The notes beneath the pieces were generated by a model. It was not told the origin of the DNA and made no database searches. It worked only from the letters and a program-made list of their open reading frames with translations. A DNA stretch of 64,000 bases from Dehalococcoidia bacterium (GTDB lineage: Bacteria; Chloroflexota; Dehalococcoidia; Lucifugimonadales; UBA3495). Below are positions 30,933-42,259 of this stretch, piece after piece; within the stretch, counting starts at the first letter, position 1, and every line of letters begins with the position of its first letter. Location of the stretch: contig JAJEIA010000098.1 in assembly GCA_022823505.1 (NCBI GenBank), positions 7,506-71,505 on the forward strand, written 5' to 3'. The position numbers and the translations under genes were made by a program.

Positions 30933-32065
30933 TGCTTCGCGGTGCGCCGGATGCAATTGCCGTCGTGTGCAAAGGCATCAGGCTACCGGTTATCGCGGCC
31001 GTTACGCTGACCCTGGCGGTGTCGGCATGCGAACCGGCGGCGCCACCAAACCCGACGGTGCCGCCGCTGACTCCGGCGGCGGCAGTATCGACTCCGGGCG
31101 CCGCGGCCATGGGCGCCGCGCGAACGGCGACGCCGGCCGCCCCGTCGCCGGCTCTAGCGAGCCGGGCGGAACCACCGCGCGCGGAATCGGCCGCCGCCGC
31201 GTCACAACCGAAAGTGTCGGCGGCAATCGTGGCGCGAGCGAAGGAAAGGGTAGATGATCTGACCGGCCGGATGCTCCGGCCCCGACCGGTTGACACCGAC
31301 GTTCTCTGGGGCGCGCTTCTGACCCACCGCGCCCTGGGGATCAGAAACGACAACGCGCCGGACATTGATGCGCCGGCCAGGATGCTGGAGATGTGGCACT
31401 CCGGGAATCCGTGCTACGGGATGCTGGAGGCAGAAGTCGAGCAGTTGGGCGCGGCCCATCAGTTTGGGCCGGTGGAGTTCAATGCCTACTTCGACCACAT
31501 TTTGTTACAGGTGTCGCCATGCCTGGACGAACAATGGCCGAAGGTTGATGCTGAGCGGTTCTTCGCCAATTCCGACGCCGTCCGGGCCGCCCGTGTCTCC
31601 ACCTGGTTCGACAGCATCTGGGACAGATCAAGGGCTGAGGCGCTGACGGAGCTGGACCATTGTCGGGCCGGCTTTTATGCCCACGCGCCAGCGGCCGTGT
31701 CAGCCGGAGCGGCGGCGGATCTCCACACCGCGTGGGGCGAGGCGATGGTCGAATTTTCCGAATGCCGCCAGCAGGCGCTGCGCGCGGAATTCCCGTTTGT
31801 GTATCTGGGCGAATCGCAGATGTTCGCGTTCGAACTCAACGACCGGTACACCCTGATAGCACTTCAGGCAACACTCGGCGGTCACCTGATCGCGATCTCC
31901 ATGCAGCGGCCCTACGACGAGTGTTGGCCGAAGTTCGAGGCCGACATACCGGAAATCGCGTTAGCCGAGGGTCCGGCGCAAATGGCGGAGTCCAGGAGCG
32001 CCGCGTTGCGCGCCCTGCGCGTGTGTATCCAGGAACTGCCCGAATACCACCCGTTCGGCGACTGA
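30932..32065 (+). CDS. hypothetical lipoprotein with three C-x33/35-C repeats
   Basis: lipobox-like AVSAC, Pro/Ala linker, paired cysteines. Confidence 0.7.
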   Translation: MLRGAPDAIAVVCKGIRLPVIAAVTLTLAVSACEPAAPPNPTVPPLTPAAAVSTPGAAAMGAARTATPAAPSPALASRAEPPRAESAAAASQPKVSAAIVARAKERVDDLTGRMLRPRPVDTDVLWGALLTHRALGIRNDNAPDIDAPARMLEMWHSGNPCYGMLEAEVEQLGAAHQFGPVEFNAYFDHILLQVSPCLDEQWPKVDAERFFANSDAVRAARVSTWFDSIWDRSRAEALTELDHCRAGFYAHAPAAVSAGAAADLHTAWGEAMVEFSECRQQALRAEFPFVYLGESQMFAFELNDRYTLIALQATLGGHLIAISMQRPYDECWPKFEADIPEIALAEGPAQMAESRSAALRALRVCIQELPEYHPFGD

Positions 32066-32101
32066 TGATCGCGGCGGTCGGGCGTAACGCGGCTCGTTGC
32101 C

Positions 32102-32635
32102 TCAGGCTTCCGGGAAGTAGTAGATCGCCGGCAGGCCGCGGTACCGCTCGTCGAAGTCCATGCCGTAACCCACCACGAAGCGGTTGGGGATGGTGAACCC
32201 AACGTAGTCGTACTGGACCTCAACCTCCCGGCGGTCCGGCTTGTCCAGCAGCGTGCAGTACCGCAACGAAGCCGGTCGCAACCCGTTGATGTATTCCGTC
32301 ACGGCAACGCACGTGTACCCGGTGTCCGCGATGTCGTCCACGATCAGCACGTGCCGGCCCTCTATGTGCCGGGTTTCCAGCGTCCCGGTGACGCGGACAT
32401 CGCCCGACGAAACGGTTCCGCCGCCATAGCTGTTGGCCCGCACGAATTCGAGGCGATGCACTTCGGCCCGGAGCAATCGCAGCAGGTCCGCCGTGAAGAT
32501 CGCCGCCCCCTTGAGCACACTGACGACGACCACGCCGGTGGTGGCGTAGTCGCGGTCGATCTCGCGGGCCAGCGTGACCACGCCGGCGCGCAACTCGTCC
32601 TCGGGGATCAGGACGGCCAGACCGTCGCGTCGCAT
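32102..32635 (-). CDS. hpt: hypoxanthine phosphoribosyltransferase
   Basis: VLKGA, VLIVDDIADTG, LLDK, FVVGYGMD. Confidence 0.95.
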   Translation of the reverse strand: MRRDGLAVLIPEDELRAGVVTLAREIDRDYATTGVVVVSVLKGAAIFTADLLRLLRAEVHRLEFVRANSYGGGTVSSGDVRVTGTLETRHIEGRHVLIVDDIADTGYTCVAVTEYINGLRPASLRYCTLLDKPDRREVEVQYDYVGFTIPNRFVVGYGMDFDERYRGLPAIYYFPEA

Positions 32636-32659
32636 CGCGAAGAACCCGGGAGGGAAGGG

Positions 32660-34696
<2,037 letters not shown>

Positions 34697-34750
34697 TCAA
34701 CGCGATTACTGTAACGCAGTACAACAATATGCAGTATCAGCGCGCGTAGC

Positions 34751-34759
34751 ATTATACCA
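34751..34759 (-). promoter_or_regulatory. extended -10 (TGnTATAAT) upstream of gyrB
   Basis: TGGTATAAT on the minus strand in an AT-rich intergenic region. Confidence 0.6.
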
Positions 34760-34865
34760 AATCCGGCGTTACTTTGCCATGCAGGGCGTGTCAGGAATTC
34801 ATCGATTTTAGGAAATTCGCCAGATTCTTCCGGCAATTTCGAGCCGCATCAGAACCGATTCCGCG

Positions 34866-35324
34866 TCAATCGGCGCGTGCCCCGCCCGGCCCGTCCCCGG
34901 CCTGTGGGTGGTACCAGTCACCCGAGAGTAGGCTGGCGATAGCCAGGCGCATGGGTTCGAACAATGGTTGGGGCGGCTCTCGCAGCGGAAACCAACCGTA
35001 ATCGCAGAACGAGCCGTCGATGGCCTGGGGAACCGGGTCCTGCTCGCCAATGTCGCCCAGGAACTCCACATCAACATAGTGGCGGTCATAAGCAACAATA
35101 TTGCTCAGGCAGAGCACGCGGAGGTCTCCCACCGCCACTCCGAGCTCTTCCATCGCCTCCCGGCGCGCACAATCTTCCAGGGTTTCCCCGAACTCCAGGT
35201 GGCCACCCGCCGATCCCCACGTCGCCTCGCCGTGCGCTCCCCGCCGCTGCGCCAGGAACACCTTCCCGCCCCTGATGAATACGACCCCCACACCCACCAG
35301 TGGCCTGTCTGCCTGCGTACTCAC
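34866..35324 (-). CDS. NUDIX hydrolase (NUDT15-like)
   Basis: PLVGVGV, GGHLEFGETLEDCARREAMEELG Nudix box. Confidence 0.9.
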   Translation of the reverse strand: MSTQADRPLVGVGVVFIRGGKVFLAQRRGAHGEATWGSAGGHLEFGETLEDCARREAMEELGVAVGDLRVLCLSNIVAYDRHYVDVEFLGDIGEQDPVPQAIDGSFCDYGWFPLREPPQPLFEPMRLAIASLLSGDWYHPQAGDGPGGARAD

Positions 35325-35445
35325 GGCCGCAGTATAGCACGGGGACAGTTCGACCCCGGACGACCAGCGTGCGCGTTCGGTTGTCGGCCGGGAACGGCGG
35401 GTGCTAGACTGCGCCATCCTATCTGCCCCTTGCGAGTTAGCCCTG

Positions 35446-36276
35446 ATGCCCGCTGAAACCGTCGACGAACTGCCCATTTCGCGCTCCGGCCAATCCGCAC
35501 TGGCGGTTTGCGAATCCGCTGCGCGCCGCGCCGGTGAGTTGGTCCTCGGGCGTTTCCGGACCGACGTGGAAGTCAGCCTCAAGGGCCGCGCCAACGTGGT
35601 CACCGACGCGGATCTGGCCTCCGAGAAACTGATCCTGGAATACGTGGCCAGCGAATACCCCGATTTCGGCATCCTCTCCGAGGAGTCCGCTCCCGTTTCC
35701 GGCTCGTCGCCGTATACCTGGGTGGTGGACCCCATTGACGGCACGCGCAACTTCGCCGAGGGCATTCCCCATTTCTGCGTGGTGGTTGCCATCGCCGACG
35801 GCGACCAGGTGGTGTGCGGCGTCACCTACGATCCGGTCCGGGACGAGATGTTCGCAGCCCAAAAGGGGCACGGCGCCACGCTGAACGGCCAGCCGGTCAC
35901 CGTATCAGACCGCGACGACATCGACGAGGCGGTGCTGGGTTTCGATCTCGGTTACAACTTCGATCAGGCCAAGCTGCTGCTCGAGCTGGCCGCCGGCGTC
36001 TGGCCCAGGGTCCAGGGGTACCGCCTCATGGGCTCCAGCGCGCTGAGCCTCGCCTACGCCGCCTGCGGCCGCATCGACCTGTACTTCCACCACAGCCTGT
36101 CGGCGTGGGACATCGCGTCCGGCGTCCTGCTGGCGCGGGAGGCTGGCGGCCAGGTGCTGGACCGGGCGACACTGAAAGACGCCACCCTGTTTTCCCCGGG
36201 CCTCATCGTCTCCAATCCGGCGCTGGTGGAGCAGTTCCTGGCCCTGACGGAAGGAGCCGCCTGGCGCACGATGTGA
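35446..36276 (+). CDS. suhB: inositol monophosphatase family (SuhB-like)
   Basis: WVVDPIDGTRNF, WDIASG. Confidence 0.88.
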   Translation: MPAETVDELPISRSGQSALAVCESAARRAGELVLGRFRTDVEVSLKGRANVVTDADLASEKLILEYVASEYPDFGILSEESAPVSGSSPYTWVVDPIDGTRNFAEGIPHFCVVVAIADGDQVVCGVTYDPVRDEMFAAQKGHGATLNGQPVTVSDRDDIDEAVLGFDLGYNFDQAKLLLELAAGVWPRVQGYRLMGSSALSLAYAACGRIDLYFHHSLSAWDIASGVLLAREAGGQVLDRATLKDATLFSPGLIVSNPALVEQFLALTEGAAWRTM

Positions 36277-36354
36277 ACGTGACCCCGTTGCCCACGGTTG
36301 CCGTCACGGGTGTTCCGCATGGGCGCTTGACCGTAGATGAAAGGAGGGTTGTCC

Positions 36355-37467
36355 ATGGTCACTCAGATTTTCGAAATGGTCCGCGAGGTCGGTCGGGTGC
36401 CGTCGTCCGAGGTGCCGCTCAGCGCCGCCGAGCAGACGCGCTTCGAGCGCATCATGGACCAGGCGGTGATGATCGACGTTCACCAGCACCCCTTCCTGCT
36501 GCCGGAGGACATGGACCGGTTCATCGAGTTCCTGCGGACCAGCCGCTACCAGTACGGATACCAGGCGGTGGAGGCCGGGGGCTGGTCGGCGGTGACCACC
36601 GCCAGCGCGTTCAGCGGGTTCAAGAGCACCACCGACATGTCCTTCATGGAATACGAGGACATCGCCGCCGAGGTCGGCGGGATGTTGGCGGACGTGGCTA
36701 CCCAGGACAACATCGTGCGCGTGGGCAATGCGGACGAGATCCTGGCCGCGCGCCAGCAGGGCAAGATTGGTTTCCTGCCGACCTTGGAACACCTGGCCAT
36801 CGGCAACCGCATCGAGCGCGTGGACGCCCTGTTCGGCATGGGTGTGCGCTTGGCCGGCATCACCTACAACCGCCGCAACTTCATCGGCGACGGCCAGACG
36901 GAGCGTAACCCGGGCGGCCTCAGCGACTTCGGCGTGGAGGTGGTTCACCGTATGAACGACCTGGGCATGGCTGTTGACCTGTCCCACGCCTCCACGCCCA
37001 CCGCCATGGACGCCATCGAGGTGTCCCGCGCCCCCACGGTGTTCAGCCACAACGCCTCCTATACCTTGCGCCCCAACGGTCGCACCCGCAAAGACGAGGA
37101 GCTGGTGGCCTGCGCCCGCAACGGCGGCCTGGTCTGCATCACCGCCGTACCCAACTCCCTGAGCGACGACCCCGAACAGGACATCGAGTGTGTTCTGGAT
37201 CACTACGACTACATGGTCAACCTGGTGGGCGTCGATCACGTGGGCATCGGCACGGACACCACGGTGGGCGACCACGTGGCGTTCCACCGCGTGCTGTTGG
37301 GACGGGGGCCGGACCAACTGCCGGCGCCGTACCTCAACGGCCTCGAGTCGCCGGCCGACGGCAAGAACATCGTACGCGGCCTGATTCGACGCGGCCATTC
37401 CGACGAGGACGTGCTCAAGATAGTGGGCGGAAACGCCCTGGACTACTTCCGGCGCGTCATCGGGTGA
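36355..37467 (+). CDS. membrane dipeptidase (M19) family amidohydrolase
   Basis: IDVH, ITYN, VDLSH, FSH, HVGIGTD; AAGGAGG RBS. Confidence 0.9.
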   Translation: MVTQIFEMVREVGRVPSSEVPLSAAEQTRFERIMDQAVMIDVHQHPFLLPEDMDRFIEFLRTSRYQYGYQAVEAGGWSAVTTASAFSGFKSTTDMSFMEYEDIAAEVGGMLADVATQDNIVRVGNADEILAARQQGKIGFLPTLEHLAIGNRIERVDALFGMGVRLAGITYNRRNFIGDGQTERNPGGLSDFGVEVVHRMNDLGMAVDLSHASTPTAMDAIEVSRAPTVFSHNASYTLRPNGRTRKDEELVACARNGGLVCITAVPNSLSDDPEQDIECVLDHYDYMVNLVGVDHVGIGTDTTVGDHVAFHRVLLGRGPDQLPAPYLNGLESPADGKNIVRGLIRRGHSDEDVLKIVGGNALDYFRRVIG

Positions 37468-37497
37468 TTGGGTCGGCGAGGCCAGGGCGGAGGATCC

Positions 37498-38568
37498 ATG
37501 GCTGACTCACAGAGTTGGGCGCACCTGGTGGGCAGTGTCCCGCTGCCCGACGCGGAAACGGTGTTCCGCACCGTCAGCGACGCGTGGGGTCGGCACCTGC
37601 GCCGCGTCTCCGACGGTGAAACGGGCCGTCGCGGCCGCTGGATCTGGTTCCAGCGGGAAATGCTGGAGCAGCATCCGGCGATGGAACCGGACCCGGATGA
37701 ACCGCCCTATGCCCTGTATCAATGGGATGGTCAGCTGCTGCGGGAGACTTCGTACATCCGGTTCCGCCACGGCGTTGACCCGGCCGCCGTTGACTTTCCC
37801 ACCGGGTACGCCGAGGCGGCGCTGGAGTCTTTCGACCTGTACACCCGCTTGCAGGGCGACGGAGTCATACCCTCGGAACCGCTATTCCAGGTGTCGCTGC
37901 CCACCCCCATGGCCACGGCGTACATGTACGTGAGCCCGTCGGCCCGCGACGCGTACCTGCCCGCCTACGAACGGGCTTTGCTGTCGGCAGTGGATGAAAT
38001 CCTCGCGTCCACGGAGCACGACCGCCTGTCGATCCAGTGGGACGTGTGCCAGGAAGTGCTGCTGTTTGAGGACTACTTCCCCCACCGCCCGGACGACTAC
38101 AAGGAGCAGGTATTCGCCGAACTGGGACGCTTGGGCAACGCGGTTCCCGAGACGGTGGACCTTGGATACCACCTGTGCTACGGATCTCCCCGCGACGAAC
38201 ACCTGGTCATGCCAAAGGACATGGGGATCCTCGTTGAGATCGCCAACGCGATCGCCGCGCGACTGAACCGACGGCCGGACTTCATCCACATGCCCGTGCC
38301 CCAGGACCGCACGGACCGCGAATACTTCCGGCCCCTGGAGGGGCTGCGGCTGCCCGCCGAAACTGAACTGATCCTGGGCTTGATCCACCATGACGACACC
38401 GCCGGCGACCGGTCCCGCGTCGACGCGGCTCGCGAGTTCGTTGGTTCGTTCGGGGTGGCCAGCGAATGCGGCTGGGGACGCACCGACCCGGCGCGGGTTC
38501 CCGGCCTGCTGGACAGTCACCGTCGCGCGGTGGAGTACATCAACGCCGTACGAGCACCGGCCACGTGA
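37498..38568 (+). CDS. cobalamin-independent methionine synthase-like (MetE catalytic domain/UROD fold) protein
   Basis: HLVGS, DGE, IQWD, HLCYG, ECGWG. Confidence 0.75.
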   Translation: MADSQSWAHLVGSVPLPDAETVFRTVSDAWGRHLRRVSDGETGRRGRWIWFQREMLEQHPAMEPDPDEPPYALYQWDGQLLRETSYIRFRHGVDPAAVDFPTGYAEAALESFDLYTRLQGDGVIPSEPLFQVSLPTPMATAYMYVSPSARDAYLPAYERALLSAVDEILASTEHDRLSIQWDVCQEVLLFEDYFPHRPDDYKEQVFAELGRLGNAVPETVDLGYHLCYGSPRDEHLVMPKDMGILVEIANAIAARLNRRPDFIHMPVPQDRTDREYFRPLEGLRLPAETELILGLIHHDDTAGDRSRVDAAREFVGSFGVASECGWGRTDPARVPGLLDSHRRAVEYINAVRAPAT

Positions 38569-38578
38569 GGGTTTTGAG

Positions 38579-39022
38579 ATGATCCAGCTTACCGAGGAAA
38601 TGTCGAGCCTGGTCAACCGGGCGCGGGACGACGGCTACCCCTGCATCGTGGCCACCGCCTCCGAGGACGGCACGCCCAACTGCGGTTACATCGGCACCGT
38701 GCTCACGGTGGGCGACGACACGCTGATCTACCGCGACCGCACCGGCCGCAACCCGTTGGACCACATCGAGGCGAACCCGAAGGTCATTGTCCTGTTCCGG
38801 AACACTGAGCGGGACACCGGCTGGAAGTTCCGCTGCACCGCCACCGTTTACCGGGACGGACCGGTCTTTGAGGATATGACCGACCGCCTGCTCCGGTCGG
38901 GGTTGGTGAACGAACGCTACCTGGAGGGCAGCGTGGGCGCCATCGTCGTGCTGCGCATCGACCAGGTGCTCACCCTGTTCGGCGAGTTACTGCAGGAGCG
39001 GGAGCCCGGATTGCAGTGGTGA
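38579..39022 (+). CDS. pyridoxamine 5'-phosphate oxidase-like (split-barrel flavin-binding) protein
   Basis: VATASEDGTP, IEANPKV. Confidence 0.8.
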   Translation: MIQLTEEMSSLVNRARDDGYPCIVATASEDGTPNCGYIGTVLTVGDDTLIYRDRTGRNPLDHIEANPKVIVLFRNTERDTGWKFRCTATVYRDGPVFEDMTDRLLRSGLVNERYLEGSVGAIVVLRIDQVLTLFGELLQEREPGLQW

Positions 39023-39039
39023 CCGAGCCTTGGGCCGGT

Positions 39040-39127
39040 TGGCGGAGGGAGTGGGATTCGAACCCACGAACCCGCTAGGGTTAACGGTTTTCAAGACCGT
39101 CGCAATCGTCCACTCTGCCATCCCTCC
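39040..39127 (-). tRNA. tRNA-Ser (TGA)
   Basis: GGAGGGATGGCAGAGTGG...CTTGAAA...long variable arm...GTTCGAATCC...CCA. Confidence 0.96.
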
Positions 39128-39182
39128 AGAGCGCCGGAGTTCCATTGTAATCCGCCGGCTTGTGGGCGTACAGGCCGACTAG

Positions 39183-39313
39183 CGCTCACGCGTACCCGGT
39201 TTGTCATCGCGAGAAGCATAGCGACGTGGTGATCTCGTTCCCGTGCCGGCTCCTTTTGACCCGCGAGATTGCCCCGCTTCGCTCGCAATGACCCAGGTGG
39301 GTACGCGCGAGCG
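39183..39313. repeat. palindromic MITE/REP-like element, family A copy 2
   Basis: outer IR CGCTCACGCGTACCC/GGGTACGCGCGAGCG; inner GTCATCGCGAG...CTCGCAATGAC. Confidence 0.85.
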
Positions 39314-39386
39314 GGAAGCACGTCGTCCGAACTCGGGCGTCCGACGGCTATAATGTCCGGCACCGCATCACCCATGGAGCCGCTCA

Positions 39387-40553
39387 ATGCCCGAAGACCT
39401 GGTCCGCGTTGCCGAAAGCCTGGTGCCCGAAATCCTGGCGAACCTTGATCGGATCGACGCCGAGTGCCAACTCCCGCCCGATCTGGCCGACCGGATGGCG
39501 GAGCACAACCTCTTCTGCCTCTACGCGCCGCAGGCCCTGGGCGGCCCCGAGCTCGACCCTCTCACGGCGTTTCGGGTGGTGGAGACCATATCCCGGGCCG
39601 ACGGGTCAGCGGGTTGGTGCGTGTTCAATGGCAGCGCGATCACCGCAGCCCTGGCGCGTCTTACCGTTGACGCCGTCAGGGAGATTTTCGGCGATCCGCC
39701 AGCCATGCTCGGGTCCGGTTCGGCACGACCTGAGGGCACGGCGACCATCACCGAGGGCGGGTACATTATCAACGGGCGTTGGAACTACCTGAGCGGAATC
39801 GATCATTCAACCGCGCTGTTCCTCAACTGCCGTGTCCTGAAACACGACGGGTCGCCGGCGCGGAACGACGACGGCAGTCCGGCCATGCGGGTCGCCGTCG
39901 TGCCCGTCGCTTCGGGCACCGTGATCGACAACTGGACGACCCTGGGAATGCGGGGCACCGCCAGCAACGACTGCGAGTATTCCGACGTGTTCGTGCCGGC
40001 GCACCATTCCTACCGCCGGGGCGACCCTTCGTATCATCCCGGCCCGCTGTACAACCCGGCCCAGACGGCGATCCTGATCAGCTGGACCCTGGCCGCCGCC
40101 AACGCCCTGGGCATGGCTCGGGGCGCGATGAACGCGTTCCACGACCTAGCCACCGACGCCGGCACCACCAACTCGCCTACGCTGCTGCGCGACCGCAACT
40201 ACGTTCAGATCGCCTACGGCGAGTGCGAGGCCATGCTGGACGGCGCGCGTACCTACGTTCTGGACGCCGTGGGCAGTATGTGGGACGCCCAGGTGCACCA
40301 ACACCCCGACCTGATGGACCGGGCTGTTCGGGCTCGCCTGGCCATCACCCACGCCATCCGCCGCTCCGTGGACGTTGTGGACCGGCTGTTCAACGTGGCC
40401 GGCACCAACGCCATCCATCGCTCGGTGGGGCTGGAACGGTTCTTTCGCGACCTCCACGTGAGCGGCCAGCACATATCGGGCCTGCCCAACAACTTCGAGT
40501 ACGGCGGTCAGGCACTGATGGGCGCGGAGGCAACCGCCTCCCTGTACACGTGA
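39387..40553 (+). CDS. acyl-CoA dehydrogenase-fold flavin-dependent monooxygenase (HsaA-like)
   Basis: ADGSAGW, GRWNYLSG, W..LGMRGTAS, LERFFRD. Confidence 0.87.
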   Translation: MPEDLVRVAESLVPEILANLDRIDAECQLPPDLADRMAEHNLFCLYAPQALGGPELDPLTAFRVVETISRADGSAGWCVFNGSAITAALARLTVDAVREIFGDPPAMLGSGSARPEGTATITEGGYIINGRWNYLSGIDHSTALFLNCRVLKHDGSPARNDDGSPAMRVAVVPVASGTVIDNWTTLGMRGTASNDCEYSDVFVPAHHSYRRGDPSYHPGPLYNPAQTAILISWTLAAANALGMARGAMNAFHDLATDAGTTNSPTLLRDRNYVQIAYGECEAMLDGARTYVLDAVGSMWDAQVHQHPDLMDRAVRARLAITHAIRRSVDVVDRLFNVAGTNAIHRSVGLERFFRDLHVSGQHISGLPNNFEYGGQALMGAEATASLYT

Positions 40554-40556
40554 CCA

Positions 40557-40679
40557 ATGCAGCACCTGGCTGAAATAATCACTCACCTGCCTCCTGAGTA
40601 CCTTACGTTAGTTGTTCTTGCGGTGGTCGTAGAAGCAATGGCGCTAACCCTTTTTGCTACCTTGCGTTTAGTGCGTTGA
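40557..40679 (+). CDS. putative 40-aa single-TM small protein
   Basis: MQHLAEIITHLPPEYLTLVVLAVVVEAMALTLFATLRLVR, starting 3 nt after the upstream stop. Confidence 0.45.
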   Translation: MQHLAEIITHLPPEYLTLVVLAVVVEAMALTLFATLRLVR

Positions 40680-40766
40680 GAGACGCTTCCTTTGGGAGTT
40701 AGTTCCGGCATACTCCTCTCGATAACGCTTTGGCTAGCGTTTGGGTCACTCATTATAGTGTCCCTG

Positions 40767-41159
40767 CTATTGCTCGTTGCCTTTGGAATTGAACTTTGGA
40801 AAGAACTGGCGGATGCCGTTCAATCTGCGCCAAATTAGCGGCCCGGCGTCCCGTACCAACAACCAGCTGAAAAACACGAACGCCCCCATCCAGCCCAGAG
40901 TGCCTGCTGAAAGTAGGCAGGCTCCAAACAGCATAAGGATAGGACTATTCTGCGCGCTGCCCCAAAGCAGCATTACTACCCCCAATGTGGTAGTAATACC
41001 CGCTCCGATCAGCGTGTAGTTCAGCCAGAACGACTTGTCCAGCTGGCCACGCCACTTGCCTGCACCACCGGGCCGTTTGGGATCGCGACGCGCGTCGTGG
41101 GATTGAGCAAGACTTGGTTGCACTTCTGTACCGCCACTTTGCACGTTTAGCGTTGTCAT
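40767..41159 (-). CDS. hypothetical membrane protein (2 TM)
   Basis: hydrophobic segments; GGAGA RBS; AT-richer codon usage. Confidence 0.6.
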   Translation of the reverse strand: MTTLNVQSGGTEVQPSLAQSHDARRDPKRPGGAGKWRGQLDKSFWLNYTLIGAGITTTLGVVMLLWGSAQNSPILMLFGACLLSAGTLGWMGAFVFFSWLLVRDAGPLIWRRLNGIRQFFPKFNSKGNEQ

Positions 41160-41213
41160 GGTCTATCTCCCAAGTGGCTTAATGTTACAGCCCGGGGGCG
41201 AATTGATAAAGCG

Positions 41214-41888
41214 CTACTCCGGAAAAATCCTTTGGTACACCCCCGGCGATCCCTCGCCGTGAACCATGTGCGGGCGCACCTCGTGGGTCCAGACCGGCGT
41301 GACGATGGTGCTCCAGTTCCTCCAGGCCTCGCTCTCCGCAATTTCCAGCGACTCCATCTCGTGGACCGTCGCGTACTTGGGCTCGCCCATCACCGCCTGG
41401 AACCGACGGGCACGGATGTAGCCGGGTATGTCGACGGCCATCGGCAGCCGTTCGTTGTTGTAGGCGTCGTTCCACTTTTCCTCAAGGTGGTCCGGGATGG
41501 ACATCCGGCCCACCAGAATCAACCGCGACATGCCGGCCTGGGCGGTCTCTTCCGACAGCTCTGCCGGGTGCACTCGTTTGTACAGGTTGCGGATGTACTC
41601 CGTGCCGATCACGCTGGGAGACATTCGCCGCGACCACTCGGTCGGCTCATTCAGCCACTTCTGCCACTCGTCAGAGTACCAGGCCTCGTGGCTATCCAGT
41701 TCATAGACTGCCAGGTACCTGGGGCCGCCCTGGACCGCCTCATAGCGCGCGGCGTCCAGCACGCCGGGTATCGACAGACGCTCCGGGATGTGTTCCTCGT
41801 TGTACCAGCGGTTGTATTCCTCGTCGTGCTCGGCGGCCACGTCGCTGTAGACCAGCAACAGGCCATCGCCCTTTTTTCTCGTCGCCAT
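41214..41888 (-). CDS. EthD/DUF4286-like duplicated dimeric alpha-beta barrel protein
   Basis: internal repeat YNRWYNEEHIPERLSIPG / WNDAYNNERLPMAVDIPG. Confidence 0.78.
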   Translation of the reverse strand: MATRKKGDGLLLVYSDVAAEHDEEYNRWYNEEHIPERLSIPGVLDAARYEAVQGGPRYLAVYELDSHEAWYSDEWQKWLNEPTEWSRRMSPSVIGTEYIRNLYKRVHPAELSEETAQAGMSRLILVGRMSIPDHLEEKWNDAYNNERLPMAVDIPGYIRARRFQAVMGEPKYATVHEMESLEIAESEAWRNWSTIVTPVWTHEVRPHMVHGEGSPGVYQRIFPE

Positions 41889-41996
41889 CTCTCTGCTCCG
41901 TTCAGCGGGACGCTCGGCAGCGTCGCCGGTTTGTCAATCTGGCGCGCAGTATAGCACCGGGGCTGATCGCTGCTGCCGGCAAGCGTTCGGTTCGAT

Positions 41997-42126
41997 CTTA
42001 CGTCGACGCACAGGATGAACAGGGTTGCATTTGATGTGTTAACTGTGCCGACCTCCTGATCATGGCGCAATTTTGGCTGCTATCGCGCTTGGTCAAAATC
42101 ATGCCCATCCTGTGCATCGATGTAAG
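41997..42126. repeat. inverted-repeat element, family C (21-bp TIR)
   Basis: CTTACGTCGACGCACAGGATG ... CATCCTGTGCATCGATGTAAG (2 mismatches). Confidence 0.75.
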
Positions 42127-42259
42127 TTTATTGCCGTCGTACCAGCGATTGCAGAAGACTGCTATGTAGCCGCCGCCGCGAGCCGGTTTCCGGTGTATAA
42201 TCGGCCCACCGTACACACTTTTTGGGCGACGCGTGTCAAGAGGCTAATAGGAGGGATTC

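Noticed and set aside
39040-39127. tRNA-Ser as an island integration site
   Set aside because: No duplicated tRNA 3' end and no integrase seen in the window.
39091-39387. 98-aa minus-strand ORF containing SLRAKRGNL...LLAMT
   Set aside because: Spurious translation of the family A palindrome, overlapping the tRNA.
41190-41217. Second GTAG-type REP copy
   Set aside because: Shares only AATTCGCCCC with 57368-57392 and lacks the palindrome.
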